Position numbers and translations under genes: made by a program. The notes below the pieces were generated by a model. That model had not been told where the DNA came from, did not search any database, and worked only from the letters and a program-made list of their open reading frames with translations. 64,000 nucleotides of DNA from an uncultured Candidatus Saccharibacteria bacterium (GTDB lineage: Bacteria; Patescibacteriota; Saccharimonadia; Saccharimonadales; Saccharimonadaceae), in the NCBI GenBank assembly GCA_963526325.1, contig CAURNC010000002.1:67149-131148 (forward strand). The letters are read 5' to 3'. Numbering within the stretch: the stretch's first letter is position 1; each line of letters opens with the position of its first letter. Below, in pieces: positions 18,097 to 31,483 of the stretch.

Positions 18097-18975
18097 ATGC
18101 GCCAGTTCGAAGGATATTCACTCACAACACCAATCGCCGTTGGTGATATGCGTGACCTATCAAATCAGGTGGCTCGACTACCTCGAGGAAACATCGCTCT
18201 ATTCGGCACTGACCGACTCGGCATACCGTTAGAGCAGCTCGACATAGAACTAACGCCTCGTGATGATTACGCAGAAGGTCGTCGTAACAGCATCAATAAG
18301 GTTGGGTTTCATGACGCAACATTGTATTGCTCAGACATACCCCTCGTAACTCAGCCTTGGGCAATCAAGCCATATCTTACCTCTCGTACAGCCGTGAAAG
18401 ACATTACCACAATGCAAGCCATTAATAGCCTACAACATCCTCAAGCAATCCGCACCTTTGAACCAAGAGGCATTGCTCATCTCGAAAATGGTAAGGTGGC
18501 GGTTATTAGTGATTTCATACAGGGCGTGCGTAGTTGCGACAGTCTAGTTGATGCATACCGCGAAACGACACTACCTGAGGAAAAAGCGCGACTTATCGCC
18601 CGTACCGCACTCGCTACTATGCACTATTTTCACAGCCTCCCAGAGCCATATACAATGAACGACGCACAGATAAAGAACTTTGCGTTTACTATCAATACCG
18701 AACCGTGGTGTATTGACACTGAAAAATTTCTATCGACAGACAAAGACGACCCAACATCAATCGGTCAATTCGGACGAGATATTGAGTGCTGTGTTTATTC
18801 AATGAGCGGTCAATCTAATAATGACGGTCAGCAAATGTTAATTCCCGAACTTATTATTGAGCATTTTATTAAGCCATACGAAGAGGATATCTCTAATCTA
18901 TTTCCCCGCGATACCGCTAGTATTATGCAAACATCGATCGAAAATCTCAAACAAGACATAGCCCAAGGAGTCTGA
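18097..18975 (+). CDS. Hypothetical protein, possible protein-kinase-like fold
   Basis: WAIKPY, NDAQIKNF and WCIDTE resemble the VAIK, DxxxxN and DFE motifs. Confidence 0.5.
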   Translation: MRQFEGYSLTTPIAVGDMRDLSNQVARLPRGNIALFGTDRLGIPLEQLDIELTPRDDYAEGRRNSINKVGFHDATLYCSDIPLVTQPWAIKPYLTSRTAVKDITTMQAINSLQHPQAIRTFEPRGIAHLENGKVAVISDFIQGVRSCDSLVDAYRETTLPEEKARLIARTALATMHYFHSLPEPYTMNDAQIKNFAFTINTEPWCIDTEKFLSTDKDDPTSIGQFGRDIECCVYSMSGQSNNDGQQMLIPELIIEHFIKPYEEDISNLFPRDTASIMQTSIENLKQDIAQGV

Positions 18976-19001
18976 TGTTAGGCTCCTTAGTGGCGATGTA
19001 A

Positions 19002-19421
19002 TTAGCGTCGTCGCTTATGCCGCTGCAAATCAGCCACCTTTAGCCGCACTAAGTGTCGGTCGATGAGCTGTTTGGCTTTCTCGCGCTCTATTTGGTCGTC
19101 GGCGTTGTTGCGGGCTGCAATGGCTCGCTCTAGTGCCGCCTGGGTTTCTGCCTCGATGATGTCGTCACCATGGTCAGCCTCGTCAACCAAAATCCGCACG
19201 CCCGTTTGATCAATCTCTACCACACCGCCAGAGATAGCGAAGAATTCTTCTTCCTGCGTCTCCTTGGTGCGGCGGACAGTGATGACGCCATCCCTCGCCA
19301 CCGTCACTAGCGGCTCGTGGCTCGGCAGCACCGAAATTTCGCCGTCAATCGTCGGGATAGTCACCGAGTAGACCATCTCATCCAGCTTGACACCACCGAG
19401 CGTTACCAGCTTCAAATTCAT
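19002..19421 (-). CDS. atpC: ATP synthase F1 epsilon
   Basis: GEISVLPSHEPL, AISGGVVE; last gene of the atp operon. Confidence 0.95.
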   Translation of the reverse strand: MNLKLVTLGGVKLDEMVYSVTIPTIDGEISVLPSHEPLVTVARDGVITVRRTKETQEEEFFAISGGVVEIDQTGVRILVDEADHGDDIIEAETQAALERAIAARNNADDQIEREKAKQLIDRHLVRLKVADLQRHKRRR

Positions 19422-19425
19422 CAGG

Positions 19426-21740
<2,315 letters not shown>

Positions 21741-21743
21741 GGA

Positions 21744-23270
<1,527 letters not shown>

Positions 23271-23278
23271 TTTTCCTC

Positions 23279-23662
23279 CTAGATTTTCTTCGCCCGCAAG
23301 TCGTTTAATTTCTTGGCAATCGTCGCGTCCAGCGTTGCGGTTGGCGTCCGTAGCTTGAAGCCGCCGATGAGTTCTGGGCGAACAACTTCGCTCAATTGAA
23401 CAACCGTCTGAGGTTTCTTGAGTAGCGTCATGATAGCCGAACGCGCCTCATCCGTCAATGCTCGCGCTGATTCAACCGTCGCCACCGTTAAGCCACGCTC
23501 CGCCAGTTCTGTCTGAATATCACGCACCAACAAGTCGACTTCACGCTGACGATTTTCATGGCTGAGTAGCGCCGCTACTTCGTCAATAACTTTCGTATCG
23601 TTGTCTAACAATCGTTCAGCCACATACCGAGCCAATTTACGACGCGACGTTCGTGCAGGCAT
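23279..23662 (-). CDS. atpH: ATP synthase delta (short form)
   Basis: Operon position; VESARAL...PELIGGFKL...DATI C-terminal OSCP motif. Confidence 0.88.
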   Translation of the reverse strand: MPARTSRRKLARYVAERLLDNDTKVIDEVAALLSHENRQREVDLLVRDIQTELAERGLTVATVESARALTDEARSAIMTLLKKPQTVVQLSEVVRPELIGGFKLRTPTATLDATIAKKLNDLRAKKI

Positions 23663-24210
23663 TAGCGCGCCTCCTTCAAAGCTTTCTCGATCAATTTGCC
23701 GTCCTTTTTAGCGTCCAATTTCTCGTTCACTAAGGTGCCAGTTGCTTCAGCCACTAGTTGCAATGTTTCGTTATGCAACGCTTGGCGCGCAGCCGCAACT
23801 TCGCCAGCGATCTCCGTCCGAGCCGCCTCGATGATGCCCTCGGCTCGCGCTTCGGCTTTCTTAGCCGCAGCTTCAACGATTTCCGCTGCCTCGTTCCTCG
23901 CCGACGCAACGATGTCGCGTGCTTCCGCTCGCGCTTTGCGCATCGAGGCGTTGATCATTTTCTCAGTCTTATCAGCATTTTCACGCGCTGATTTGGCAGC
24001 TTTTTCGGCCGTTCGAAGATCTTTTTCACGCTTGTCCAGCATCGCTGCCAGTGGCGGATACACCCATTTGCTCAACACAAACAGTAGTATCAAAAATGCT
24101 ACTGACTGCAGGATCAACAGCTTCCAGTCGATTCCCAAAGAGCCAAACAAGTCAGCCTTATCAGCTGCGTGAGCCTCAGCACTCGCAAATTGTGTTACCA
24201 ATCTTTCCAC
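23662..24210 (-). CDS. atpF: ATP synthase F0 subunit b
   Basis: TM helix, YPPL..MLDKRE, Ala/Glu coiled coil. Confidence 0.93.
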   Translation of the reverse strand: MERLVTQFASAEAHAADKADLFGSLGIDWKLLILQSVAFLILLFVLSKWVYPPLAAMLDKREKDLRTAEKAAKSARENADKTEKMINASMRKARAEARDIVASARNEAAEIVEAAAKKAEARAEGIIEAARTEIAGEVAAARQALHNETLQLVAEATGTLVNEKLDAKKDGKLIEKALKEAR

Positions 24211-24224
24211 AATTTACCTCTAAA

Positions 24225-24437
24225 TTACATAACCTTACCGACGATGGCAGCCACGAAACCGATAATTGCCAAGGCGTCGATAAATGAAATACCAAGAATC
24301 ATCATGGTACGCAAGTCGTTAATTTTCTCTGGGTTGCGACCTGCGGCGTTCATCGCTGCGGCACCGATCATTGCGGCACCGATTGCTGCAAAGGCTGCTG
24401 GGATTGCGTAAGTTAAGGCAAAAGCTAATGCTTCCAT
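24225..24437 (-). CDS. atpE: ATP synthase F0 subunit c
   Basis: Helical hairpin with RNPE loop and ion-binding Asp (FIDAL). Confidence 0.95.
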   Translation of the reverse strand: MEALAFALTYAIPAAFAAIGAAMIGAAAMNAAGRNPEKINDLRTMMILGISFIDALAIIGFVAAIVGKVM

Positions 24438-24468
24438 GGTTGATATTCTCCTTATAATTATTACTTAA

Positions 24469-25311
24469 CTACTTATTTTCATTCTCTGTCATTTTCTTTG
24501 AAATATCAACAGGGGAATGAACATGCGCATGGCTGGACTCGTTGTGGTCACCGTGAGGAGTGAGTCCTAGGGAGATAAATACCGTTGACAACATAAAGAA
24601 AATATATGCTTGAATACCGCCGATAAATAACTCGAACAGATAGAACGGCTGTAGCATCGCCGGTGAAGCGTACTTTGTTAGATAGGCGATCATGATCAGC
24701 AGTACTTCGCCCGCCAGCACATTACCAAACAAACGGAAACTCAGTCCCAGCAAGCGCGAGAACTCTGCTACCAACTCCAAAATACCAACAAATGACATGA
24801 TTGGATCTTTCAGTGGATTGACGAAATATCGCCCCATGTTGCCGCGGAATCCCAAGTAGCGGAACGCATAAATTTGCGCCGCAATGATGGTGATGATAGC
24901 CAGCCCAAACGTCATGTTTAAATCAGCCACGCCGCCACGAAACAGGGGAGTGCCGTGCTCTCCAACTGTCACAGGACCAACGAAAGGCAACAGCCCCAGC
25001 CAGTACTGCGCTATTACAAAGAAAAATATCGTGATAGTCAATGGCGCCACTCGCGCCGCCCAAACGTCATCTTGAATGACCTGTTTGACCGTGCCGTACA
25101 AGCCATCAAACGTCCAGTTAACCAACCGCGTCACAAAATTAGGCTTCTTTTTGCCCAGCGCTGCCGCACGCGTTCGCAGCATAATCCATACCAAAACTAA
25201 CAAGCCTAAAGCACCCAACAGGTGAGAATTGGTGACTGAAATGCCGCCAACCTGTACTATCTCGTCTGCTTTGACTGAAATATGCAGACTGCTTGCAAAC
25301 TGGTGTATCAT
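24469..25311 (-). CDS. atpB: ATP synthase F0 subunit a
   Basis: LSFRLFGNVLAGE, IQAYIF. Confidence 0.97.
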   Translation of the reverse strand: MIHQFASSLHISVKADEIVQVGGISVTNSHLLGALGLLVLVWIMLRTRAAALGKKKPNFVTRLVNWTFDGLYGTVKQVIQDDVWAARVAPLTITIFFFVIAQYWLGLLPFVGPVTVGEHGTPLFRGGVADLNMTFGLAIITIIAAQIYAFRYLGFRGNMGRYFVNPLKDPIMSFVGILELVAEFSRLLGLSFRLFGNVLAGEVLLIMIAYLTKYASPAMLQPFYLFELFIGGIQAYIFFMLSTVFISLGLTPHGDHNESSHAHVHSPVDISKKMTENENK

Positions 25312-25568
25312 TGACTAGCCTCTCTCTGTTTTATAAAACGTATTTGCTGATAAATCAATCCTGCTGACGCCGCCAGACCCACGATAATCCCTGCAATCAT
25401 CAGCCAGGGTTTGGTGTGCAGAATCAGATCGGCCCACAGCCCCACCAACATCAGACCGATACTCGGCACAAACATGCGCCACGTCGTCCCGATGATGGTT
25501 TTCATCATAACCGCAGTGGCATCTACGTCTGTTTTTTGGTCGCTCTGAACCTTAGGTTTTTCAGCCAT
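25308..25568 (-). CDS. AtpZ/AtpI-like small membrane protein
   Basis: GLWAD..LHTKPW..IAGIIVG motif; first gene of the atp operon. Confidence 0.75.
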   Translation of the reverse strand: MAEKPKVQSDQKTDVDATAVMMKTIIGTTWRMFVPSIGLMLVGLWADLILHTKPWLMIAGIIVGLAASAGLIYQQIRFIKQREASQ

Positions 25569-25606
25569 TACCTATACTATATCAATCTGCTATACTATTT
25601 GACAAT

Positions 25607-25825
25607 ATGCCGAGGAAAAATTATCCAAGATCTCAACCAGTCCAGAAACATCGACAGCCGCTAACTACTGTACATGAGCTCAACAATTGCCATCAAAAAC
25701 GCCGCTTTTCAACCCAACAACAAGCCGAAAGGGAAATAGCTAGCCGTCAGCTAACTGATCCGCAGCTGCTCCTGGCGACCTACAAATGCCATTGGTGCGG
25801 CGGCTGGCACCTCACGTCACGTTAA
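25607..25825 (+). CDS. Small putative zinc-binding protein
   Basis: C..KRRF....A and YKCHWCGGWHLTS motif. Confidence 0.65.
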   Translation: MPRKNYPRSQPVQKHRQPLTTVHELNNCHQKRRFSTQQQAEREIASRQLTDPQLLLATYKCHWCGGWHLTSR

Positions 25826-25830
25826 GGCTA

Positions 25831-28050
25831 TTAGAAGACGAGATGTTCTTGGATCGGTACATTCGTGTAACGACCCAAAATTGGCACTGTTGAATCAGTC
25901 GTCGTACCATCACCGAGCTGTCCTCGATTGTTATTGCCGACAGTATAGACGCGGTTATCAGTCGTAAAGATCACGGTCGTACCGCCACCACTTTCCACGT
26001 GCTTGGCACGAGGAGCAGTTGGACTACTGCCAAACAACTGCATTGGCGTTGGTGCATTACGGCTGACTTTATCACCAGTACCCAGCTGACCATTTTCATT
26101 AGAGCCAGCACCATACACCTTACCGTCATCACCCACTACAAACAAGTTACTGACACGCCCTGCATAGGCTGTTGACCAGATATCAACTGCTTTCACGCCG
26201 GCTGGCAGCATGAATTTTACTGGGGTTGGGTTCCTCCAGTTAGTAGCCCCATTTGCGTGGTTAGCGCTATTACCAAACACACCATGGTAATTGCTACCAG
26301 TACTGTACACATTTCCATCAGATGTACGATATGATGCGAATAACTCGTCAGTGGAAATTTGTTGTACAAATCCTGGAACACCAAGATCTCGAATTTTTGG
26401 CGTCTGGAGCCTGAAGAATATATGCTTATTACTCGGCGGACAGCCAGCAGCTATCGCCATTCCTGTACCAGAAGCGTTAGCTGCCAAACAGTGATTACTG
26501 GCACCTCGACGGAAAATACGATCCGAGCCATATGATACCATGCGCCAGCGCTGAATGGCGGCTGAAGGATTACAATTTGCCAAACGAATGTTCACCAAGT
26601 CACCGGCAGTATTTTCCACACATTTACCGTTTATTTTGATCTGCTCCTGCGGTGTATATTCAAATTGCTGCTGAGAACTATCGTTACAACTACGAGGAGC
26701 TACCGTAGTAGGACCGACTGCCTCCATGCAACGGCCCTCTAAGAACCGCCAGCGGAACACTAGATTGTCCTTACCAACCTCCAAGTGGTTTGAGCCACCC
26801 ACGCCATAAACCTTACCATCATTCGCCAAGATATATAGGGTACCTCCGTCAAAGGCCAGCTGCATGGCGCGTGGTTTACCGGGATTACCAAAGTCACCAA
26901 TTCTTACTGGCGTTGATGAACTTGATATATTAGCGCGACCTAACTGATAATAATCATTTGCACCCCAACCGTACACAGCACCATTCTGCATGATGACATA
27001 AGCGTTATATCGGTCCTGCACCAAGTGAGCAGTCGGAATCGTTCCTGGATTACCAGGGTTCGGGAAAGGCAAGGCAACACGCTTTGGAGTAGACCTGTTA
27101 CTACAGGCGGTCGCATACGCCGGAGTGACGGTATAATCACCAGTACCCAATAGGCCATACGTACATTCACCAGCAGCATAGATATTTTTATCATTCCCCA
27201 GTACAAAGTTTGCCCAACCTGAGTTGACAGTAACTGCTTTGACCCCAACCGGCAAGCCAAACCTCACTGGCGTTGAGACGGTCGGACTCATATAGCCAGC
27301 GCCCAATTGACCGCGATCATTTTTACCAGCGCCATACACCGCACCGTTCTCATCTCGAATCATCAAGTTTCCACCGACAGAGACAAAGTTGGTGTGCACT
27401 GAAACTGCGCGCTGGGATATATTAAATCTCACTGGCGTTGGCTGAGCTGTCGAAACCAATCCAGCGCCCAATTGACCGCGGTCATTCGCCCCAACTGACC
27501 GGACGCGTCCAGCAGAGTCAATTGTCGCAAAGAATACTTTGTGCTGTATGCCGTGCATATCACCCTCATATCCAAACGCCAAGGTGTCGACACGTGTTTG
27601 CGCTCCAGTGGCCAATGACAACACTCGGGTATACGTTTTCCACACGCCACCGCTTGGTCGTAGTAGCTCAACATAGCCGGTAGCATAGGCCTGCTGGACC
27701 TCACCACCGGTTGAGCCAAGAGGAGGGACAGTAAACCGCGTTCGAATATTGCCCTCATGCATCACAGTATTTGACTGACCAGGCTCTGGATCACCCGCAC
27801 AGTTTGTTTCTGGAGCTAGATTTTTTGATCCCCATGGCGAAATCATACCGTTGCTGCGCAAACAAGACACAGCATATGCAAGACCACTTTCAGCAGCTTC
27901 GCGCGCCAATTGGTTATAATACCGGTCCCGTAACGCCGCTGCATATGAAGCAGCCAGCTGCATGGCCACCAAAAGTAAGGTCAGCATAATTACTGAGGTG
28001 ATGAGAACTGTTGGCAAGGTAAATCCTGTTTTTTTGCTGTCCGCACCCAT
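25831..28050 (-). CDS. PilX-like minor pilin/adhesin with RCC1-type repeats and a ricin-B-like lectin domain
   Basis: G|FTLPTVL hydrophobic N-terminus, AREAAESGL, repeated GxNxxGQLG, Cys-rich QQF/QRW segments. Confidence 0.8.
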   Translation of the reverse strand: MGADSKKTGFTLPTVLITSVIMLTLLLVAMQLAASYAAALRDRYYNQLAREAAESGLAYAVSCLRSNGMISPWGSKNLAPETNCAGDPEPGQSNTVMHEGNIRTRFTVPPLGSTGGEVQQAYATGYVELLRPSGGVWKTYTRVLSLATGAQTRVDTLAFGYEGDMHGIQHKVFFATIDSAGRVRSVGANDRGQLGAGLVSTAQPTPVRFNISQRAVSVHTNFVSVGGNLMIRDENGAVYGAGKNDRGQLGAGYMSPTVSTPVRFGLPVGVKAVTVNSGWANFVLGNDKNIYAAGECTYGLLGTGDYTVTPAYATACSNRSTPKRVALPFPNPGNPGTIPTAHLVQDRYNAYVIMQNGAVYGWGANDYYQLGRANISSSSTPVRIGDFGNPGKPRAMQLAFDGGTLYILANDGKVYGVGGSNHLEVGKDNLVFRWRFLEGRCMEAVGPTTVAPRSCNDSSQQQFEYTPQEQIKINGKCVENTAGDLVNIRLANCNPSAAIQRWRMVSYGSDRIFRRGASNHCLAANASGTGMAIAAGCPPSNKHIFFRLQTPKIRDLGVPGFVQQISTDELFASYRTSDGNVYSTGSNYHGVFGNSANHANGATNWRNPTPVKFMLPAGVKAVDIWSTAYAGRVSNLFVVGDDGKVYGAGSNENGQLGTGDKVSRNAPTPMQLFGSSPTAPRAKHVESGGGTTVIFTTDNRVYTVGNNNRGQLGDGTTTDSTVPILGRYTNVPIQEHLVF

Positions 28051-28132
28051 GATTACTCATCATTATACACTTGTCGATAAGCATGTACAATATGCTATAA
28101 TGGACTTACGTAAAGAAAGTTGAGGGGAATAT

Positions 28133-28417
28133 ATGAGCGAAGATACAGCAACCAACCACAGCGCCAAAGTAACCGTCTATAGCACCAGTTGGTGCGCATT
28201 TTGCCACACTGAAATGGAATGGTTGGAAAAACTGGGAATCGATTTCATCAAAAAAGACATCGAAGCAGAACCTGCCGCTAAAGAAGAACTGTTGGCAAAA
28301 AACGGCGGCAATTTCCAAGGCGTGCCAGTCACCGACATTAACGGGGAGCTAGTACTTGGTTTTGACCGACCAAAGCTGCAAGACTTGCTGCGCAAGAATG
28401 GCCTGTTGGCTGATTAG
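28133..28417 (+). CDS. Glutaredoxin-like (NrdH/YruB) protein
   Basis: YSTSWCAFC, GVPVT, GFDRPKL. Confidence 0.9.
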   Translation: MSEDTATNHSAKVTVYSTSWCAFCHTEMEWLEKLGIDFIKKDIEAEPAAKEELLAKNGGNFQGVPVTDINGELVLGFDRPKLQDLLRKNGLLAD

Positions 28418-28439
28418 AAGATACATTTGAACGAGTGAT

Positions 28440-28468
28440 TGTCCCGCCTAAGCAGTGGCGGGATTTTT
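28440..28468. terminator. Terminator between convergent genes
   Basis: TCCCGCC / GGCGGGA stem followed by TTTT. Confidence 0.6.
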
Positions 28469-30251
28469 ATGCTGCGCCGATTTGTACCACTTCGCCGCCG
28501 ATTTCTTGGCGGAAATAATTGTCGTGGCTAACGTACAGGATGGCGCCAGAATATTTCGCCAGCGCCGTCTCCAGCTCCTCGATGCTTGGCAGATCAAGGT
28601 GGTTGGTCGGCTCGTCTAAAATCAGCAGCTGCGGGTCATTCGCCAGCATGGCAATGATCTGAAAGCGAGCTTTTTGTCCGCCCGACAAGCGCGCCAGTGG
28701 CGTCATCCGGTCGGCTTCGGTGAACAGATAATCGGCTAGCAATTGGCGAATCTTTGTCTCGGAAATCGGCAGGTCGCGACTGAGGTATAATTTCTCAATC
28801 GCCGCCTCCAACGGATCCGCCAAATACCGCTCATCGATCTCTTGCTCATACACACCCACCCGTACCTGCGGGTCGAGGAAGAGATTACCGGAGTAGAGGA
28901 TAGGAGCGGCAGGTGCGACACCTTCTACGCCAGAGACTGTGGAACGTTCGCGAGTAGCGGACGTTTCAGCCGAACGCTTGCGAAAAATCTCCGGTGGAGA
29001 TTTGAGCGAAGAGTGTGCTCTGGCGGAGGACGGTGGAGTGACTGCCGCCCTACTGTTTAACAACATCCGAATCAACGTCGTCTTACCAGCGCCATTGCGC
29101 CCGCGCAGCTCCACCGCTTCACCCTCACGCAAATCAATATTCACCCCCTCAAATAATATCCTTTCACCAACGCCAACTGCCGCATCCTCAACCCGCACCA
29201 GCACGTGCTGACTACGACTAGCCGCGTCCTTCATCGACAGCCGAATATTGCGCGCCTTGAACTTGCCGTAGCGCTCAGCCGATTTATAATCAAGCTGCCC
29301 AGCCGACTCCTTATCAATCCAAAAGGTCGGCTTGTCCATCTCTGACAATTCCGCCAGCTCGGCCCGCGCCTCATTTTCCAGCCGCTTGAACTTTTGGATA
29401 GTGCCAGGGTTTCGCGACTTTTCCTTCAGCCGCTGATAATCCAGCGCCTTTTGTTTGAGGTTAGTCATCCGCTTCTCGACCTGCTCAAAATTATTCATGC
29501 CCGCCGCCGTCGCCTGAGCATTTTGCTTGAGGTAAGCATCATAATTACCGCGGTAGCTGACCGCTCGGCCGTCTTTAAGTTCAACGATTCGATCCACCCG
29601 ACCCAGCACATCGCGGTCGTGGGTGATGATCAGCATGGCCTGGCGCGGCTGCGAACTCATCCAGTCGATGAATTGCTGCTTGGCCACATAATCCATGTGG
29701 TTGGTCGGCTCGTCAATCAGCGCCAAATGCGCCCCCGAGTGCATAATCTTCACAATCTCTACCAGCCGTTTCTGACCACCCGACAGGGAACCAAGTGGAC
29801 GGCCGCCGCACCCGCTCAGCTGAAAATTATCGAGCTCCCGCCCAATCTTCTCCTCAATCTGATAAAAGCCTTTTTGGTCAAATCGCTCCAGCGCCTGGGT
29901 GTATTCCTCAATCTTACGCATGTTATCACCCATGGTTTCAGGATATTCATCGATAATTTTCTTCAAGCTCGCATATTCCGGCAGCCCCGACAAAATGTAG
30001 CTCAGCACCGTCTGATTGCCCAAACCATGATGCTCCTGCGCCGTACTAGCCACCGTGATGCCGCGGCGAAAAATCACCTCGCCGATATAATCGGTGTCCG
30101 TGCCCGCCAGAACCCCAAACAGTGTCGATTTGCCGACGCCATTGCGGCCGACCACGCCGACCTTTTCGCCATCATCCACGCTAAACTTGACGTCACGCAT
30201 CAACGTCTTGTCGCCAAAACTCTTCTCGGTGATGTGAATGTCGGCTATCAT
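28467..30251 (-). CDS. ABC-F family ATPase
   Basis: Two NBDs (GRNGVGKS / GRNGAGKT, LSGGQ, DEPTNH), no TM; carries a ~50 aa insertion in NBD2. Confidence 0.95.
   Translation of the reverse strand: MIADIHITEKSFGDKTLMRDVKFSVDDGEKVGVVGRNGVGKSTLFGVLAGTDTDYIGEVIFRRGITVASTAQEHHGLGNQTVLSYILSGLPEYASLKKIIDEYPETMGDNMRKIEEYTQALERFDQKGFYQIEEKIGRELDNFQLSGCGGRPLGSLSGGQKRLVEIVKIMHSGAHLALIDEPTNHMDYVAKQQFIDWMSSQPRQAMLIITHDRDVLGRVDRIVELKDGRAVSYRGNYDAYLKQNAQATAAGMNNFEQVEKRMTNLKQKALDYQRLKEKSRNPGTIQKFKRLENEARAELAELSEMDKPTFWIDKESAGQLDYKSAERYGKFKARNIRLSMKDAASRSQHVLVRVEDAAVGVGERILFEGVNIDLREGEAVELRGRNGAGKTTLIRMLLNSRAAVTPPSSARAHSSLKSPPEIFRKRSAETSATRERSTVSGVEGVAPAAPILYSGNLFLDPQVRVGVYEQEIDERYLADPLEAAIEKLYLSRDLPISETKIRQLLADYLFTEADRMTPLARLSGGQKARFQIIAMLANDPQLLILDEPTNHLDLPSIEELETALAKYSGAILYVSHDNYFRQEIGGEVVQIGAA
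28901..29052. repeat. Palindromic in-frame insertion element, copy 2
   Basis: Terminal IR TAGGAGCGGCAG / CTGCCGCCCTA and CGCCAGAG / CTCTGGCG; two inner hairpins; core TCAGCCGAACGC. Confidence 0.75.
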
Positions 30252-30322
30252 TGGGCTATTATACCACACGCCATACCGTAAGGGTATTGAAATATATGAT
30301 TTTTTGTGGTATAATACAAGTT

Positions 30323-30703
30323 ATGGAAAACGATTCTCATGCTAGCAAAGAAGCTAAAATTATTCCTCTCGCTCCGTATCTCAACAGGAGTAAAATGCGA
30401 GAAGCTGGTCGTATTGTGTTTAGACGACTCGGTACGGATGCCGGGGAGTCACAGCCAGAACCGCTAGCCCGGGTCTATGACATCTCCAGTCGTCTCCCAA
30501 AAACCACCGCTCCAGAGGCTGCCGTTAAAGAAGACATCGTTACTGGGGAGCAAGATACCGAAAGGGAAGTCATTGCAGAAATGGTGGAAGATATCACAGC
30601 AAACTTTGAAGCTTTGCCAAAATATGATGGTGACCTAGGAGAATTCTTAGACACCATTAATGATCAACTGGAGGATTGCTACGAAGAGCTTAGCCCTGAC
30701 TAA
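30323..30703 (+). CDS. Hypothetical acidic protein
   Basis: TGGTATAAT 7 nt before ATG; 126 aa. Confidence 0.6.
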   Translation: MENDSHASKEAKIIPLAPYLNRSKMREAGRIVFRRLGTDAGESQPEPLARVYDISSRLPKTTAPEAAVKEDIVTGEQDTEREVIAEMVEDITANFEALPKYDGDLGEFLDTINDQLEDCYEELSPD

Positions 30704-31006
30704 AAGAAAAAGTTAGCCATCACGCTCACCAGTGTCTTGAGTGATGAATGCCACAAAAACATCTCTCGAGCAGTAGTCCACCATCCAAACCTTGTAAAGG
30801 TCCTGGGCGTTGCCTTTTGTATGCAATATGACTCTCTCTTTCAGGCAATGAAGCGGCATCCAAGTTATAAACCGACCGATGAGACGAAAACAATTGAGGA
30901 AACAAGTAGAAAAGCCGCTGCTATATTAAGCCTCACTCCAGGTACATACAACCCTTACACTGGTGACCATACACCACCTGAACACTAAACCTGCTATAAT
31001 GGGACC

Positions 31007-31483
31007 ATGCCAAAGTCCAAAACAAAAAAGCCAACTACCCACGCCGTCGTTAACCGTCGAGCACGGTTTGACTATGAGTTGGGTGAGGAAATCGTAGCTG
31101 GGCTGGTGCTAACAGGGCCAGAGGTACGAGCTGCACGAGACGGACATGTCCAGCTCAAAGGCGCCTTTGTCAGCTTGAGAAATGACGAATTGTGGCTCAA
31201 TAACGCAAGTTTTTCATTGCGGCTGAACGTTCGTGGCCAGGCAAACACAAAAAGCGTCGATACCTCAGCGCGAAAGCTACTAGCCAGCCGTAAACAAATT
31301 GACCGATTTGCTGCTGCTAAACAACAGGGATTGACCATCGTCCCGACCAAATTATTGACCAATGGTCGCTTCATCAAAATCGTCATCGCACTGGGGCGGG
31401 GTAAAAAGCGTTACGACAAACGCGAGACCATCAAGCGTCGCGATCAGGATCGCGAGACGCGTCGGCAGCTTTCTGGTCGATAA
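31007..31483 (+). CDS. smpB: SsrA-binding protein
   Basis: NRRARFDY, AGLVLTGPEV, RKLL, GKKRYDKRETIK. Confidence 0.97.
   Translation: MPKSKTKKPTTHAVVNRRARFDYELGEEIVAGLVLTGPEVRAARDGHVQLKGAFVSLRNDELWLNNASFSLRLNVRGQANTKSVDTSARKLLASRKQIDRFAAAKQQGLTIVPTKLLTNGRFIKIVIALGRGKKRYDKRETIKRRDQDRETRRQLSGR

Noticed and set aside
23435..23444. AGCCGAACGC resembling the palindromic-element core inside atpH
   Set aside because: No flanking stems or protein insertion; likely chance
29394..30281. 295-aa + strand ORF
   Set aside because: Antisense shadow of the ABC-F gene
30737..30988. 83-aa ORF before smpB
   Set aside because: TTG start, no motif; a shorter real gene is possible but unsupported
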